Positions 60,752-64,000 of a stretch of 64,000 nt of DNA are shown piece after piece; position 1 is the stretch's first letter, and every line of letters begins with the position of its first letter. The translations under genes and the position numbers were made by a program. This stretch comes from Diadema antillarum. Taxonomy: Eukaryota. Location of the stretch: NCBI RefSeq assembly GCF_040938485.1, contig NW_027270954.1, positions 1,860,001 to 1,924,000 of the forward strand, in the 5' to 3' direction. A model generated the notes under the pieces. It worked only from the letters and a program-made list of their open reading frames with translations, searched no databases and was not told where the DNA came from.

Positions 60752-61881
60752 GTTGAAAGCGCTCCTTTCCAACAAGATCTGCTGCAAATGCTGGTATTCC
60801 TTTCTGGTTTTCACTTTTATACGTAAAGACTGTTTTCCTCAAAATCTCACGCTATCTAATAATGATTAACCACGACATGGACAATGGATAACTCGTACAA
60901 AGTAAAGAACCATTAAACAATAATAAAGGCTTAACTTTTCTTATCAATATTTCATCTAACTTGTTAATAGGTGGCACCCGCTTTTTTCCATTTTCTAATC
61001 TTGGTGGAACAATTACATCATTTTTTGTTGAAATCAATGATTCAACACGTGCAATGCGTGTAAATAAAGTCAAAAGACAATCATAGAACAACTGTTAATT
61101 TCAGAAAAAAATCAATCAAACAATATCATATTTCTGGGAAGGCAAACGCAGTAACTTGACGTGCCGTGTGCTACTGGAATACACGTCAATCTAGACTATT
61201 TCAAAAGTTCATAATTAGAGTCGTGAATGACGCCAGAAATGCTGCAAAATTCACATATCCACATCAACCCATAATTGTTTCAAGAGATTAAAGTTGTTGA
61301 TTATGCCGAGTTGTGATTTTATTTCATCTCCAACAAATTACGGAAACAATGAAATGTTCGCGTATAATTCAGTACAACAATGAGATGAACATAATAACAT
61401 GTTGATGGAACTGTGCCTCAGTAAAACTCATTGAAATCGGATGTTCTTAACGCACCGAAATAAATAATACAATGGATATCTGTGAACATGTCGGTGAATA
61501 TGTTATGCATATTCATGATTATGCAGATGTTGTCACATATTTCATTCATTCAGTGAAGTTGTGAGAGTTACGACAAAAATGAGAATAATGGATTTTCTTT
61601 TCTTTATGCACATTTCTTTAGGATTATGTAATTGGCAGATTTTTTTTTTGTTTTTATATGAAACCATAGGAATTTGTTACGAACATAATGGTTGAACAAA
61701 TTAGCAGTCTCTTGGAGTGAAAAAATGAGTGAATGACAAAAAAAAAACATTTCTCATACACGGATCATTCTCAATTCTACTCTGAAATTAAATCAGACAT
61801 ACAAATATTTCGTTTCAGGAAGAAATGTATAGGCCTAAATCATTGTGAAACAGACTCTCCAGAGATTGAAGCCTTAGCTAC

Positions 61882-61920
<39 letters not shown>

Positions 61921-62030
61921 TATAATAATAATAATAATGATAATGCTAATAAAAATAGTAATAATAATATATGGACTTATAAGGCGCTAAATCAATCTAA
62001 TAATTACATGTTCTAGGCGCAACAATGTGC
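61882..62030 (-). mobile_element. L2-type 3' tail remnant with (ATT)n microsatellite
   Basis: Minus strand reads gcgcctagaac..gatttagcgccttataagtcc followed by (att)n, the stem-loop-plus-microsatellite layout of L2 LINE/SINE ends. Confidence 0.45.
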
Positions 62031-63254
62031 AAAATAGGAATTACTTACAGGTACATAAAAGAAAAAAAGTGAACGAGCTAGTACATGCAGGAAATATATG
62101 AAATAATGATAATCAATTATTGTAAGACAAATTAAACACAAATTATACTTCTTGAGATTACTCTTAAATATCTATATAGTATTCAAGACTCACTGAAACG
62201 AGGCACGGTTACACACACACAAACAAAAGGCTATCAAGCTTGAAGCAGAGCTCATTGATCATTATTCTGACACCAGTACCTACATGGAGTAGCCCAAGAT
62301 CAATGGAAGAAGTGCATAATTATGTTAGAAAATGAAATGTCCATCTTAAAATTTGACGATTAATAGCTATAAGTTTATTTTAATTCATGTAGGTAATCAC
62401 ATGCAGTGTACCTGCGCGTCTAGCCAAAGATTGATTAGGATCTGTTGACAGCGTATAGCATTACTTTGGCAGCTGTACGGTGTAACACGGTTTAATTGAT
62501 TTTCCCTCGTCTTTGATAACAAGAGTATAAGATTTCATTAGAGCCTTTCCCTTGTAGAGGTGGGGGAGCCTTCAAAATGAAATACCTGATTACGTCGATG
62601 ATTTGGAACTCATTAACGAATATATGTACTCCCGAGTATACAAAGCGTGCAAATTTGAACTCACACTATTAGCTGTCTGGTTTCCTTTTATCCTGACCGA
62701 CGCCAGAAGGGGTTCAGACAAAAGGGAAAAAAAGCAGTCGATAATGTGAACGTAGTATTAGCTTGATACTGAAAAAACAAGAAACTCGACGCAGGCATTA
62801 TTAATGTAAAACCTGTACATTAGAGTAAAAACATTGATTAGCATTTTGACGACGTGACACAGTAGTGTTTAATGACGTGGCAAATCGTTCCTTATTATTT
62901 ACATCGTACTAGATGCTCTCATTTCATAATCTATTTGATCCGTGTTGACTACAGGCCTAGACCTGTTCGGTTTGTTAATTTCTATTCCCGCCGCAACTGG
63001 GGACGGGTTTTCAGTATACACTGATACAGCAATGCATCTAACTCACTGCCCATTTTCTTCTATTTTTAATGGAAGTCCCCCCCCCCCCCCCCCCCCCCAC
63101 AAACACACGTATGGCCGACATAAGATAGTGTATAAAAACCGGATAGGCCTATAAACAAAGCTGGATGGTTAATTTCACTCAGCAGTCGCTACATTTCCAC
63201 AGGTAAAGGCAATGATTTGTACCAATCAATCATTGCTTCACATTGCGAAAGAAA

Positions 63255-63432
63255 TGGAAATTAAACGCAGTGTCTGCCTGCTAGATTTTATGTGGACCGA
63301 TTTTTATCAAATAAACTTTTGATACCCCTTAGAATTGCATGCTCTTTGACATCTCATAGAGTGGTTTCTGAATATCTCGCAAAACGTTAAAAGCTAAATC
63401 CTCACCTCGACCAGAACTGTACACACCCTTTA
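63255..63432 (-). mobile_element. Fragment of a TTAA-AGG-terminal (Kolobok-like) MITE
   Basis: Minus strand begins TTAAAGGGTGTGTACAGTTCTGGTCG; the partner terminus was not found. Confidence 0.3.
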
Positions 63433-64000
63433 ACAGATGACACGAATGTTCAAATTTGGGAAATATTAAACATGATAGCTCTGCAATAATCCTTCAGTGG
63501 AATACATTGTTTATAGATAATATGAAACGATGAAAGGATATGGGACAATGACATATTTTATGTAATTCCTGCTGGTACTCACTGGTGTAAGATCACACAG
63601 AGTATCTGGTTATTGTAGGCCATGTGCTTTAACTTACATGAAATCGCGTTCGTTAACTCACAACTTGTTCTCTTTCTCATTTTTGTATACACAGATCCTT
63701 CTTTTGAAACACTGTAATAAGTCACATCTATTGTAATATCATACTATAAGAAGTACAAAGGTTTGAAAAATAAATGTGTATGGTATCATGACGATGTGGT
63801 TCCAAAATGGATAACTGATGTGTATATTGTACCTGCTAGTCTAGGCAAATGTAGCACTCCGTTTCTGTGAAGAAAATCAAATGCGAGAATTTCACAGTAG
63901 AGATAAAGAGTTGCCAACAGGTTATTAACTGGTTATGTGCCACGTTCGCTCGCCTGACTCAATCGACGGAGTGTAAAGTTCGCAATATTTTGCTGAAACG

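Noticed and set aside
61733-61990. Poly-Ile ORF (also poly-YI at 44504 and poly-YYIIL at 2064)
   Set aside because: These are translations of microsatellites.

Overview
AT-rich, intron-containing animal DNA. The homopolymer G/C tracts and repeat types suggest an echinoderm such as a sea urchin (inference). I found no tRNA, rRNA or CRISPR array. (1) Three complete tandem cytosolic sulfotransferase (SULT1-like) paralogs lie on the + strand, each with 7 coding exons rebuilt by hand with consistent splice phases: SULT-A 2058-7794, SULT-B 13949-35569, SULT-C 40153-54377. (2) A full-length BEL/Pao LTR retrotransposon (18821-29703; LTRs identical on manual comparison; AATAT TSD) and a multi-level nest of non-autonomous DNA transposons (14139-18799) sit in intron 1 of SULT-B. 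(3) A full-length antisense L2/CR1-group LINE (~48391-53157) sits in the last intron of SULT-C. Its ORF1 and ORF2 are in one frame, separated only by a single UAG, and ORF2 has no usable AUG, so it is a candidate stop-codon readthrough system. (4) A convergent 4-exon minus-strand gene (60751-56866) encodes an unrecognised ~414-aa secreted, Cys-spaced acidic protein with furin-type sites and a very basic tail. (5) The window also holds a G-quadruplex/hairpin-bearing tandem array upstream of SULT-B, plus several MITEs, SINE/LINE remnants and microsatellites. All coordinates were read by hand and no database searches were run.
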